Source: Basidiobolus meristosporus CBS 931.73 (Eukaryota; Fungi; Basidiobolomycota). Taken from it: DNA of 64,000 bases. The position numbers and the translations under genes were made by a program. The notes beneath the pieces were generated by a model that was not told the DNA's origin, did not search any database, and worked only from the letters and a program-made list of their open reading frames with translations. The stretch covers positions 1 through 64,000 of the forward strand of contig MCFE01000021.1 in assembly GCA_002104905.1 (NCBI GenBank), in the 5' to 3' direction. Of this stretch, positions 42,201 to 53,207 are shown in pieces; position 1 is the stretch's first letter; each line of letters opens with the position of its first letter.

Positions 42201-42890
42201 CCCCTCAGTAGTTTCACATTGTATAACCCACGGATAGCCCTGAACGTAGCTACACGATCGGTAACTGGGGCATTCGTAACTGTTCCAAATGCCAGATGTG
42301 CAGTAGAGATAATCCTTCGAACCATAGCAGACATAGTCGCCTTCATTGCAGCTTTCTCCAGGAGTAAAGTAGTCAGTTGCTTGGGTTCCGGATGGGTTAG
42401 TTGGTGCAGTATATGTCAGCGTACGGGTTCTTGGCGTAGTGGTGGTAGTTCTGGTAAATTCTATTTCAGAAGAATAGGTAGTAGCAGAAGTACATTTTAT
42501 TTTCCACGGCTCCGGCTTATAGTCACAAGTAAATCCAGAGCTACAAGCATTCACCACCCAAATTCCATTGTAGCATAAAAGATATTCTGTTTGGCCATAG
42601 CACACCTCGTCGTCATCGTTACAAGGGTCTCCCGGTTGCAGGCCCCTGGGCAAATCTCCTACAGGGTTTGGAGGAAGTGGATATACGACGCGCCAAGGTG
42701 CATCAGTTGAAGATGATACCTCCTGGATAAATTCAACTATATGGGGTGTCCTGTAGTGCAATCCTTGGTATGCATTCCCTTCTCTGGCAGCAGGTACATT
42801 GGTATGTAGATTTGTAGTGTGAAGGCTAGCTGCTGATAAAGCTACCTGTGTTGTATAGCAAATTAAAGATTTCAATGATGATAGTCTCAT
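39222..42890 (-). CDS. Secreted protein with four 6-Cys (CBM19-like) domains and a long S/T/E/P mucin-like repeat stalk
   Basis: 1222 aa intronless ORF with signal-like N-terminus and four C-x5/6-C-x7/8-C..W..C-x5-C..C modules (e.g. PGDPCNDDDEVCYGQTEYLLCYNGIWVVNACSSGFTC). About 24 repeats of 31 aa follow. No hydrophobic C-terminal anchor. Confidence 0.85.
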   Translation of the reverse strand: MRLSSLKSLICYTTQVALSAASLHTTNLHTNVPAAREGNAYQGLHYRTPHIVEFIQEVSSSTDAPWRVVYPLPPNPVGDLPRGLQPGDPCNDDDEVCYGQTEYLLCYNGIWVVNACSSGFTCDYKPEPWKIKCTSATTYSSEIEFTRTTTTTPRTRTLTYTAPTNPSGTQATDYFTPGESCNEGDYVCYGSKDYLYCTSGIWNSYECPSYRSCSYVQGYPWVIQCETTEGYIPTRSVTYPFTDNPEGTSITTLVTTGGPCNLDDYVCYGTGGFLGCGEGGWQFGTCGDGGTCYYDTETSFKVFCTSTDKGTSSLVSTDGSEIDPLHPTPGGSCIQGQVCYSSGHLDCAFASTWSYTPCASGERCQQQGTIAICQPSPTTTMSSITTSTESTPEPSTSPEPPSETSSTGSTTTTETSETPSSAEPTSETSNTSSTTTTEPSNTTEPSSESPSSTEPTSETSNTSNTTTTETSNTTEPSSESPSSTEPTSETSNTSSTATTEPSNTTEPSSESPSSTGPTSETSNTSNTTTTEPSNTTEPSSQPPSSTEPTSETSNTSSTTTTEPSNTTEPSSESPSSTEPTSETSNTSSTTTTEPSNTTEPSSESPSSTEPTSETYNTSSTATTEPSNTTEPSSESPSSTGPTSETSNTSNTTTTEPSNTTEPSSQPPSSTEPTSETSNTSNATTTEPPNTTEPSSESPSSTEPTSETSNTSSTTTTEPSNTTEPSSESPSSTGPTSETSNTSNTTTTEPSNTTEPSSESPSSTEPTSETSSTSNTTTTEPSNTTEPSSQPPSSTEPTSETSNTSSTTTTEPSNTTEPSSESPSSTEPTSETSNPSNTTTTEPSNTTEPSSESPSSTEPTSEISNTSSTTTTEPSNTTEPSSESPSSTGPTSETSNTSNTTTTEPSNTTEPSSESPSSTGPTSETSNTSSTATTEPSNTTEPSSESPSSTGPTSETSNTSSTATTEPSNTTEPSSESPSSTEPTSEISNTSSTTTTEPSNTTEPSSESPSSTEPTSETSNTSSTTTTEPSNTTEPSSESPSSTEPTSETSNTSNTTTTEPSNTTEPSSESPSSTEPTSETSNTSNATTTEPPNTTGPSSESPSNTEPTSETSNTSSITTTEPSNTTEPSSESPSSTEPTSEISNTSSTTTIEPSNTTEPSSESLSSTEPSSETSETFSNSGSSSVSGTSESHGSSVSTTGTHSVTYTICSSVIKTVCPTRPIF
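39380..41640. repeat. Coding tandem repeat, 93-nt unit, about 24-25 copies, with a 372-nt higher-order period in part
   Basis: Anchor gtgctgct(t/c)ggag recurs every 93 nt from ~39395 to ~41627. The ggaggctga variant occurs at ~40519, ~40891 and ~41263 (372 nt apart). Confidence 0.95.
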
Positions 42891-44158
42891 TGCTTCTAAA
42901 TCATTTGAGAGTCCTACAGTTCTCTATATATATTATAGGCTTTGAGTTGAGAGAACTTGGATATCTAAAAATACATACTCTAGTCAAAACATCCGTAATC
43001 TACAACGGTTCTCAATGTTGGTATTACTACAATCCATTGGAATTTATTATATCAACACCATCCATCCATTACTATTCTCCACATTCAGCTAATGAAGCTA
43101 GAGGGATATCATGTTGGTTCATAAAAATAACACACAGGAAACCACCTATCTATGGGAATATTTATCAGAATTGTAAAAACGATATTGGCAAGCTAGTCCT
43201 CAACACAATTGGCAAACACCGCATATGTTCATTGTAATTAGATTACTATAATCTGAATCACCTGCGTATTTTAGATGTAGAACTCGACAAAATTCATGAA
43301 TGATAATGCGTTTAAGAACTTGTAACTGAGTAACCCCAATGATATTACAATACTAAAATAATGAGTAAAAATAGCTTCTGAGCAACCAAATTACTCCGAA
43401 GTCTTCTTTTTGGTCATTTGCGCTCTAGCGATATGGAGTATTCCTATTAGAAACTGAACAGGCTATAATCAGTTGGTGCACAATACTTCCCTTTAGTGGT
43501 AGATAGCATCCGATATGGACTTGGGCAACTCTCCAGCTAACCATTGCCTTTTCGAGTGTAGAAAGATTACCGCAATGCCATAGCGTCGGCAAATAGATTC
43601 GACGCGAAAGGAAGTATCATTATACATCAGCGAATGATGGGACATCAACGAAGTACTTGGTCATAGCCGCTGCCATGGCGTTGGTTTATTAATCCAACTT
43701 CGCCATTTGTCCGGATTCACATGCATCTATAAATAACCTTCTGCCCGCTACATGGACTTGGAAATTAGGCTCTACTTGTTTGATTTCATGCCGATAATCA
43801 TACTTCATTAGTACCCGGATGTAATCACTTGGAGCAACCTGTATTGATTGAGCACTCAATGGAGTAAACAATGCTCAAAATACAGAGCCCAAAATACATC
43901 TCAAAACTTCATATTGGCCACAGTGCTCGCATCGTCATTGTGAGATTGTAACCTATTTTACTACATCTTTATGCCACCCCTATTCAGATTCATCCAAATA
44001 CGATCGAGGATTTCAATTTTCCTGTAGACTTGATGGGGTAGTTAAGGTCGAGATTAACAATTTTCAGGATCACACATGTAACTGGCCGGAAAGAGTTTTA
44101 TTTGTGAGTACACCATTTATTACAGTATATCGCAATTCCACTTGGATACACTACATCC

Positions 44159-46064
44159 ATGAGTGAGGTAGAGGCCAGAAAAAAATATCTTTCGACTTTA
44201 CGTCAAGATGCCAAGGCTTTTAACCAGGAAATAGAGAGTATAGTCAGTTTATTGGGAACGGATTCAAAAGATTTATTGGAACAAATTTCGGTTAGTTTTA
44301 TGTGCTTGAAAAGGGATCGTTCACAATCTTATTTGATCCCATGTTTAGAAAGGACACAAACTTCTGCAATGCCCGTTTGATCATAACCATAAAGTTCCCA
44401 AGGAAACGTATTCTGCACATTTTAAAAAGTGTGAGTTAAGGGCTCTGGGAATCACCAGCGAAGATAATAAACCGGTAAGAAGGGGCTATATCGATGGTTA
44501 GTATAATAAACTAAGTGGTTTATGTTCTTCTTAGCTCCCTAGCTCTCTTGGCTTCTACGAAAAAGCACCAGCAGTAATATCTTTGATAGAAGGTTGGTTT
44601 CCTAGCTTGATATTTACCAACCATTTTCTACAAAGTATCTCACTTTTGACTCAAAGTACCGGTTGGAACGGATCTTGGAGATCAGGACTGCAAAGTGGAA
44701 AATCGGTATTTTGCAAGTTGTACCTCTCATGTAAATTGTACACTGACGCCTCTCTTTTATTTTCATGTAGCGAATCATCAACTAGACATTGGGATAAAAT
44801 TGATCTTGAGAATCTTGAAATAGAATCAACCGAAGATCTCCACGGCGATGTACTGTTAACAGAGAACGAAAACATCCTGGACAACATACTGAATTCGGAT
44901 AATATAGATGTACGATTGCGGTAAGTACTTCGTGGTATTATTCCTTTACCGCTAGTGCTTATGAATTATTTAAGAAAACTCAACAAATGGACACAAATCC
45001 CTCGGTTTTATGAAAAACTGAATATCGAAGAGTTAAATCCTATGAAAACCCGTGGTTGGCTTGTCAATAACTTGCCGCAAAACACACAGCTACGTAATTC
45101 AATCAGCCCAAGTTTCAATTCAGAAATGGAGCTTTCAGACTATATATATCGCCATTTGCTGCTACCTGCTAAAGGCATCGAAGAGTTCAAGAGACATGTA
45201 GAACCTTATTTCGGGCCAGGTAAGTTATAAGCAAGGCAGTCATCGATTCTGCCACGATGTTGACTTCGACGACTTTTCTCAGCATCACAGATGTTCACAT
45301 TAAAATTGTGGAAATATCTCATGTCTGAGTTGATTCTGCTAATGGTTCTTCCAGTCAATGATGCCATTCTTCCGGTAACGTGTTTACGGCCAGTTATTTG
45401 GCTGTGGGCCGATGACTAACTGTGTACTATAGACAAATCAACAGTCATCAATAGATGAGCATTCTGAACACTCGCAGTTGCCAAGTGAGATATCTATAGA
45501 ACCAGTAACAGATAACACCGGTGAAAATTTAGTTTATAACGTATGTATATCCGGCGTTTATAATTATAAGGAGAACCTAACCATTTTGCAGCTGCTTGAT
45601 CGCCAGCCTCGCCTACAGCCTGGTTCAGCTTTGGCTGTATCTCAGAGGCGCAAAAAATATGAGCACCTTATTCAAGCAAGTAGATATATTCGAGAACTTC
45701 ACGGACGCAACGATCACAACATCTATGACGGATTTGAAGAGGCTCTAGAAAGAGCGAAATTAATCAAAGGTTAGTTTTGCCTATATCCGCCTGCTATGGT
45801 ATGATTTAATCAACTTTATACCAGAGCAAAATCAGAAGAGGAAGTCGAAAGCTGACTTACTTGCGGAGCAAAGAGATTATAAAAGAAGAAGGAAATCGTA
45901 TCGCGCCAAGAATGTACGGATTACTCAAAGAACCCCCACTCAGGTATGAGCCTTAATTGAAGCGAGCCGACTAGAATATAGTACTCAATGCATTTAATCA
46001 TCATTAGATTCAGCGTGATTTAATTGCTGCGTATATGGAGGATTTTGAGTTATTGAACTCTTAA
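44159..46064 (+). CDS. SNRNP48: U11/U12 snRNP 48 kDa protein (U11-48K); multi-exon
   Basis: Exon 2 encodes CHHC zinc finger CPFDHNHKVPKETYSAHFKKC, then LPSSLGFYE. The final exons encode LLAEQRDYKRRRKSYRAKNVRITQRTPTQIQRDLIAAYME, matching human ILAEVRDYKRRRQSYRAKNVHITKKSYTEVIRDVINVHME. Stop TAA 46062-46064. Confidence 0.92.
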
Positions 46065-46300
46065 GTTCATGCGGCACCGAATGTATTGACCATGTCTAAT
46101 TATAGAGCAACTTCTTCACAGATGAGAGGAGCTCGTAATACAAGCTTTTAACTATATTGTCGAGCCTTGCTTTAACAACTCCACACCTCAAGATTAGCTA
46201 TATAGAATTGGTTTACGTTGCTCATGATTGTATAGTAAATCATCATTGATTCAAAATCGCGGAAGTACATTTTGTCCATCAATATTAGAATGAAGATGGG

Positions 46301-47055
46301 ATGAATAAATTACCTTCTGGCATGTATAGCCCCATCACCATGGCTTCACATCCATATTACCCGCAGACCTTGATATTACTTCACTATGTTCCCCCGACGG
46401 GCTCGTTACTGTATACTTTGGGTATAACCTTAGGAGGGATAGGTTCAGTCATACTTTTAGGAGGATTGTTGGCTAAGCGTAGAGGAATAACTTTCGTTCA
46501 ACAAGTTACCTTTACTTGGTTTGTTTTATGTGGCTTCTTGCATTCTACTTTGGAGCTGTACTTCGTTCTGCATCATGATTCCCTGGCAGCAGACAACACC
46601 ATTTTAGGCCTTGTTTGGAAGGAGTATGCCAAAAGTGATTCTAGATACTTATCAAGTGACACATTCTTATGGTGTACCGAAACGTTTACTGTGGTATGTA
46701 GTTTATTCGTTTTAGCACTTCACGAAACTCTTTATTCACGCTGATTACCTTACACCAGTTTATCATTGGACCTTTGTGCTGGTATACTAGCTATTTGACA
46801 TATCAACAGAAACCAACCTGTCATCTTTATACTGTGTTAACCTCTACTTGCCACCTGATAACTTGTACTTTGTACTTCACGACAAGTCTATTAGATGGTA
46901 GCCCCGATTGTATTCCAAATGTCCTATATTTCTGGGTATATTTTGTCGGATTCAATCTTCCCTGGATAATAATTCCGTTCTACTTGGTATATAACAACAT
47001 GAAGTATTTGGAAGCAATCCTCAATACCAAAGTGAAATCTTTGAAAAAACTGTAA
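46301..47055 (+). CDS. EBP/EXPERA family sterol isomerase-like membrane protein; one intron; start may be ATG 46340
   Basis: HPYYP, WFVLCGFLHSTLELYF, WKEYAKSDSRY, ETFTV..GPL and YFWVYFVGFNLPWIIIP. Confidence 0.87.
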
Positions 47056-47360
47056 GCCAACTGAATAACAAATAAATTATCTTCTAGATAGTAAATATAA
47101 AGTCGAATGCCCAAATATCTTCCCTATTAACCGACTGCGAATTGTTAAAAGAATCGCTACGATAGATCTAGTAATTATTTACAAGCAGAAAATTGGGTTC
47201 ACCGAGTAAAGTGAGGGGAGAAGAGTTCAAGTTGTACTTGATTTTGTTTCAGCCAAAGATAAAGTAGATATAGTACATTTAATAGGGTAAAAGGATTATA
47301 CGAGGCTCTTTTGACTTTCTGTTTGAGTTTGAAGAAACTGACCACGCCGTTGTAGTAACG

Positions 47361-47839
47361 TCAATTATGTCGGAAAAACTTCATACCCATCCAATTCCAG
47401 AACACAGCATATACAGAAACAAACCAAGTGACGGGTATCAGTAAGCAGTAGTATGTATCCTCTTTGATCCAATCTAAGTACTAAGACGTGTGTTATTCAC
47501 AGATATTAAAAGGTGCTTTTCATATTTCTTGTAACTTACCTTGTTGCCGGTATAAGGCATGAGTTTGCTGACGACGATAGCATACATAAAGAGCACAAAG
47601 AGAACATACGTAGCAATGAGTAATACGTAACCCCAGAACTGTGTTGAATCGGGTTCCAGATTAGAGAGTCTAATGGTATTACGGCGTGTATGATGTGGTG
47701 GCTCAGTATTTAACTGAAATGAATGGCTACGCCGTGACAGAGTAGTAACACTGCCATTAGTTCTCGAGATGTTCGAAGTTGACAAAGATCTGGAAGGAAA
47801 AGGTATGGTATTACTCGAGTCAAAACCTACGTTCGACAT
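47361..47839 (-). CDS. ERI1: GPI-GlcNAc transferase subunit Eri1/PIG-Y; one intron
   Basis: Spliced C-terminus WGYVLLIATYVLFVLFMYAIVVSKLMPYTGNK|ILDWIKEDTYYCLLIPVTWFVSVYAVFWNWMGMKFFRHN*, the two-TM PIG-Y pattern. Confidence 0.85.
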
Positions 47840-47899
47840 GAAAAATTTTGGATGGAGCAGAAAGAATGTAGTTGATTAATTTCTTCAATGATACTCATC

Positions 47900-49226
47900 A
47901 AATACTACCATTTATCTTGGCCTCGATTATTGAAGCACCACATCCAATATTAAGGTATATTCTGATCTTGGTAATATCGATAGGCTTTTCTGATGATAAA
48001 TCTAGCTTTGCAAAACTTTCCATAATATTTCGCAACCTAAATGAATGCAATAGGCTTCACTTGTGCCACACATACATTGCCTCACAGATGCCATAAAATC
48101 CCGATGAAGAATTGGAAGATTGAAGCATGTAGATTGGTAACGTTTTCAAGTTGCAGAAGTACTGGTTTTTGAAAAGCCTCTCTACTGCCTCAATGGAAAC
48201 AAGTACATTTATTGGTAACAAAAGACATATCAATCTGTCAATAAATTCCCAAGTTTTACAGAGTAGTACCATGTCCCTGCGTCAACTTCATCAGTGTGTG
48301 TAAATAATTCATTAGCTAATATGACAACAGGGTTATCAAACAACGTTATATTGCTGCCTGTGGCTTGTATTTCCTAGCATTACTACAATTCGAAATTACG
48401 AATGAGTACATATAGAGGTACTAGTCTTTGATGGATTGAATATGTATATAAATTGGCACTTCGGACCCATTACCTTGACAGGTGCATAAGGACCCTCAGC
48501 AACTCCAATATTCAGTAGATTTACCAAACATAAATTAATTTGAAACCATACATTTGTTTTGCAATGGTTTTCTTGCCCATCGGATATGACAATAATGGCA
48601 TGATCAGGATTGTTCCTAACCAATTTATCAGAATGCTTGTATATTTTATCCACCCTCTCCAATACATTAGTAATAGAGCAAGCTGGTACAGAGGCTGGAG
48701 CTTGAAAGCAATTCATCAGACACCAGTATTATGGGATGGATAATATAGAATACCCGTTCTCACTATCCTCCTAGTTAGTAATTGAAATCTACTGTGACAG
48801 CTTTTACAAGCAATATAAGGGGCGGAAACGTCATAATGAAGTACCACTTGCTAAATTAGAAGTACACCGGGATGATTTGAAGGGCCATCCAAGCGTCAGT
48901 CCCTCATTGAGGCATAAGGTAAGAGCAGCCTATGACCAAAGGGGTCTCATATCAAATAATATCCACACAATCTTTGTAATCTCGAATAAAGGAAAAATAT
49001 ATTTCGCTTCCGACATCCCAACGTTGATTATAAATCCAAGCGAACTACTACTCGTAGCGATCACGATGATGATGATTAGTAAGCTACCTTGCCAACGTGT
49101 TGCTCGTGTGATTCCTAAAATAGTGATCTGAAGGGTTCGCCAGAATTTGAGGCTTCAGATTTAGTGACCAGAAACATGGTGGATTTTTATGGTATGCTCA
49201 TCGCTTGGGCCCTCGGGCTTGCGCAT
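47900..49226 (-). CDS. Putative vWA-fold protein resembling the N-terminus of Integrator subunit INTS13/Asunder; 3' end uncertain
   Basis: Collinear weak matches to human INTS13 from memory: SDEHT..VSDH (~SESHK..VVDH), EITKIVWILFD (~EYCRIMYDIFP), CSITNVLERV (~CSILHGLVAAV), IIVISD (~IICIT) and KCQFIYI (~KCELVLI). Confidence 0.3.
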
Positions 49227-49953
49227 TTGGTTGGTTACATCGCTGGCAAGTAGTAGTCTAAGCAGATATCTGCAGCAAAGAGTAAATGTTCTCTTCAAAA
49301 TATCCAAAAATGCTCTATTGGCTATAGCATACAATTCGGAATTCAAAATCATATAACACTAGGACATAGATCTTTGAATATCAATAACTCTACACAGAAT
49401 CTGCCATAGCATTGATGATGGTATCTGGAATGCAGGACCCTAATGCGTTTGACCTCAATAATTGGTGAATACTCCTGAAGATTCCTTCATGAAGATTCCA
49501 CGTTAGCAACAACAGCACCAAGAGTATACCATGATTGGCCAATAAGTTCTTCTATCGAAGCCAAAACATGAACGGAATTATTTCTGGTTGGATCATAATA
49601 ACATTTTGAGCTTACAAATATTGCTAGATTGGCTTGAAACGAAGGCAAGTTTGATATTTATGGGCCGATTGCCCGGAAACCCCATTGGGATTGGTAAATA
49701 TCAGCAACTTGGCTTAGGTATTGATTGGTAGATATGCCCTCCTCAGTATGCCAATTCCACATATGGACTCGCTACTGAATATGCTAGCATGTTAGCCACT
49801 GCTACTAGGCTGTCAAGATTGGTTTGACGTATGATAACGTAGACCATTATTTGTCATCAGATGCCTTCCAAAAGATCAGTGCGTTTTGCAAATATATAAA
49901 TAATAAGGTATGCTACCAGCAATGTCTTGTCTTATTCAGTGGTATTATTAGAT

Positions 49954-51987
49954 ATGTTCGAAATTGACAACCTTTCCACAAACACTATTCGTGTCCTCGC
50001 TGCTGACACTGTCAAGAAGTCTAACTCTGGCCATCCTGGTGCCCCCATGGGTTGTGCAGCAATGTCTCACGTTCTCTTCTCCAAATTCATGAAGTTCAAC
50101 CCAGAAAACCCAAAGTGGGTATCTCGTGATCGCTTTGTTCTATCTAATGGTCATGCTTGCGCCTTGCAATACGTTTTGCTTCATCTCTGTGGCTATGACG
50201 TTTCCATGGATGACCTCAAGTCGTTCCGTCAAATGAACTCCAAATGTCCCGGACATCCCGAAAACTTCATGACTGCGGGTATCGAGGTTACTACTGGCCC
50301 ATTGGGCCAAGGTATTTCTAACGCAGTTGGTCTTGCCATGGCTGAAGCCAACTTTGCTGCTACCTTCAACAAGGAAGCTTTCCCGGTTATTGACAACTAC
50401 ACATACGCCATCCTTGGTGATGGTTGTTTGCAGGAGGGTGTCTCTGCTGAAGCTGCTTCTTTGGCTGGTCATCTTAAATTAGGAAAACTGATTGCTTTGT
50501 ATGATGACAATAAGATTCAAATCGATGGTTCTACCGATTTGTCTTTCACCGAAGATGTATGCAAGCGCTTCGAGGCATATGGCTGGCAAACTCTTACAGT
50601 CGAAAATGGTGATTCGGATTTCCAAGCCATTGCTGACGCCATTGCTGAAGCCAAGAAGGTAACCGACAAGCCAACCTTGATTAAGATCCGCACTACCATC
50701 GGTTATGGATCACTTTTGCAAGGAAGTGAGAAGGTTCACGGAGCTCCTTTGAGTAACGATGATTTGGCTCAACTTAAGACAAAGTTCGGATTTGATCCCG
50801 CTCAGAGCTTCGCCGTTCCTGAGGAGGTTAGAAACTACTACAAGAACGTCAAGGAGCAAGGTGCACGCCTCGAGGCCGATTGGAACGTGATGTTCGAGCA
50901 ATATGCTGCCCAATACCCTGAACTTGCTGCTGAGCTTAAGCGTCGTATTTCCAACGTCCTTCCCAGTGGATGGGAGAACGCTCTCCCCAGATATACTCCT
51001 GAAGATCCTGCTGTGGCTACCCGTAAGCTTTCTGAGATCGCCTTGAACAAGATTGCTGAGGCCGTCCCAGAACTGGTTGGTGGCTCTGCTGATCTTACTC
51101 ATTCCAACTTGACCAGATGGAAGTCGGCTGTTGATTTCCAACACGAGAGCACTGGACTTGGAAGCTATGCTGGTCGCTATATTCGTTTTGGTGTTCGTGA
51201 GCATGGTATGGCTGCCATTTGCAACGGTATTGCCAGTTATGGAGGTCTTATTCCATTCTGCTCCACTTTCTTGAACTTCATTTCTTACGCACTCGGTGCT
51301 TCCCGTTTGTCATCCCTCTCTCATCTTCGTGTTATCTATGTCATGACTCATGACTCTATTGGTTTGGGTGAAGATGGACCCACCCATCAACCAGTTGAAA
51401 CCTTGACTACTCTTCGCGCTACTCCTAACACCTTGGTCTTCAGACCTGCTGATGGTAATGAGGTGTCTGGTGCCTACTTGGCTGCTATCCAAAACAATCT
51501 CAGACCAAGTGTCCTTGCCCTTTCTCGCCAGAACCTTCCACAGCTTGCTGGCTCCTCGATTGAAAACACACTTAAGGGAGCATATGTGTTGAGTGATGTT
51601 GCCAACCCTGCTATTGTTCTCGTAGCCACTGGTTCCGAAGTTTCTGCTTGTGTGGAGGCTGCTAAGGAACTCGCCAAAAACAACATTCAGGCTCGTGTGG
51701 TCTCGATGCCTTCTATGGAGCTCTTTGATGAACAAGAACAATCCTACAAGGAATCAGTCTTCCCTCGTGGTGTTCCCGTCCTCAGTGTTGAAGCCTTGAG
51801 CACCTTTGGATGGAGCAAATATGCACATGCTTCCATTGGTATGACCACCTTCGGTGCCTCTGCACCAGCAAATCAACTCTATGAGAAGTTCGGTATGACT
51901 CCACCTGCCATTGCAGATAAGGCTATGAAGACCGTTGAGTACTACAAGAGTGAACCACTGCCATATCTTATGGTAAAACCATTCTAA
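49954..51987 (+). CDS. TKL1: Transketolase; start probably ATG 49954, possibly after a 5'UTR intron
   Basis: SGHPGAPMG, DRFVLSNGHAC, TTGPLGQG, TPP-binding LGDGCLQEG..N, FGVREHGM and THDSIGLGEDGPTHQP. Confidence 0.97.
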   Translation: MFEIDNLSTNTIRVLAADTVKKSNSGHPGAPMGCAAMSHVLFSKFMKFNPENPKWVSRDRFVLSNGHACALQYVLLHLCGYDVSMDDLKSFRQMNSKCPGHPENFMTAGIEVTTGPLGQGISNAVGLAMAEANFAATFNKEAFPVIDNYTYAILGDGCLQEGVSAEAASLAGHLKLGKLIALYDDNKIQIDGSTDLSFTEDVCKRFEAYGWQTLTVENGDSDFQAIADAIAEAKKVTDKPTLIKIRTTIGYGSLLQGSEKVHGAPLSNDDLAQLKTKFGFDPAQSFAVPEEVRNYYKNVKEQGARLEADWNVMFEQYAAQYPELAAELKRRISNVLPSGWENALPRYTPEDPAVATRKLSEIALNKIAEAVPELVGGSADLTHSNLTRWKSAVDFQHESTGLGSYAGRYIRFGVREHGMAAICNGIASYGGLIPFCSTFLNFISYALGASRLSSLSHLRVIYVMTHDSIGLGEDGPTHQPVETLTTLRATPNTLVFRPADGNEVSGAYLAAIQNNLRPSVLALSRQNLPQLAGSSIENTLKGAYVLSDVANPAIVLVATGSEVSACVEAAKELAKNNIQARVVSMPSMELFDEQEQSYKESVFPRGVPVLSVEALSTFGWSKYAHASIGMTTFGASAPANQLYEKFGMTPPAIADKAMKTVEYYKSEPLPYLMVKPF

Positions 51988-53207
51988 ACGTACTATATAT
52001 TTGAAGCCTTTGGCGGAATTGGTTATCATTTCATCATTGTACTGCTGTATACATCAAACTTTAATAAGTAAATCACCAGTTCTTCTACTTTACCAAAATA
52101 CCTATATCAAATCTTCTAAACTCCTATTGCTATTCCGAAATACATAGCCTCCATGAATTTGTTTTCGGGCTGTACTCAAATAGGAGATAGGAAGTGACAA
52201 CTTCTTTTGCAATTAATCAATTGTATTTAATATGAATGTTAACGACGAGATCTGTCAATTGTTATTTGATGAGATGTATTCAATATTCCTTAAAAGGAGT
52301 GCCCGTTATAAAATATGATCAGGTTTCTACTTAGACCTGCCATAGTTTAGGAAGGTGATCGTATCCGGGCATCTCTTTACGGTTACCAATATATTATATT
52401 GATGCTTTGCGATCAACTATTTCTATGAGACTCATGCCCATTCGTTATTCATCCGGAGTTGCCAAGTACAGGGCGAACTTGGGCTTGAGATTGATTGAAG
52501 ATACACTGATAATTCTGATGGGATTGCATCAAGCTATTTTAAGACATCCATACAGAGAAGCAAATACGCCATGGTTGGCAGAGAACACAAGTTCTAGAAT
52601 ACGCCACGTGACTTTTAACACAGCATTCATACTTCAACCTGGGGGGATATGGCAATTTAGTCAGCCCTAAACTAAAACCCTAACTTATGCGGCTTGGGAA
52701 TTAGTTAGTTTCCAAAATAGGAATCAGTTCATATGTAGCCCATTCGAAATGTATCCGTATTTGATCATATAATAATGAGAGAATTCATCTTGGAAGTTTT
52801 AGTATTTGCTTTTAAGATCTAATTACAAAAGGGTATATGTTAATTACATTATAATAATATATAGAGTCAAAGTGGGATTTTTACCAGTTCCCTTGAAACA
52901 AGATAGTGCCGAAAAAGAACAAACGAAAGCCGAAATATTCTATATTGATCTGGAGTATTTGAGCTCTAGTTTGTATTAATCGTCACAACTCTCTGTTGTC
53001 AAGGCTTTTGTCTGGCACTTTTTCGTACACAGTTTTCAATATTTAGACCCTATTATCGCTCTGCCTGTTGTTTTTCGGTTAGGCTTCTCAAGTTCAAGTA
53101 CTTCAAACCCCCATTCACAATTCGTATTCATAAAAACACAGCCAGTCACAAGTTATTCGACTGAGTAGTACGTGGAGTGTACTCAGTGAAAGTTCGTTTC
53201 TTGTATT

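Noticed and set aside
43440-43900. Minus-strand fragments considered as a Harbinger-like transposase remnant
   Set aside because: No DDE motif, terminal inverted repeats or ordered motif series could be supported.
44159-46064. Tandem U11-binding USSE element in SNRNP48
   Set aside because: Only isolated partial motifs (atatcttt, gtatctca, atatctca) are present, with no tandem pair.
50140-52029. Multiple 60-164 aa antisense ORFs over TKL1 (similar ones over RNR2, SAM2 and the homeobox gene)
   Set aside because: Codon-bias shadows of strongly conserved genes, with no independent motifs.
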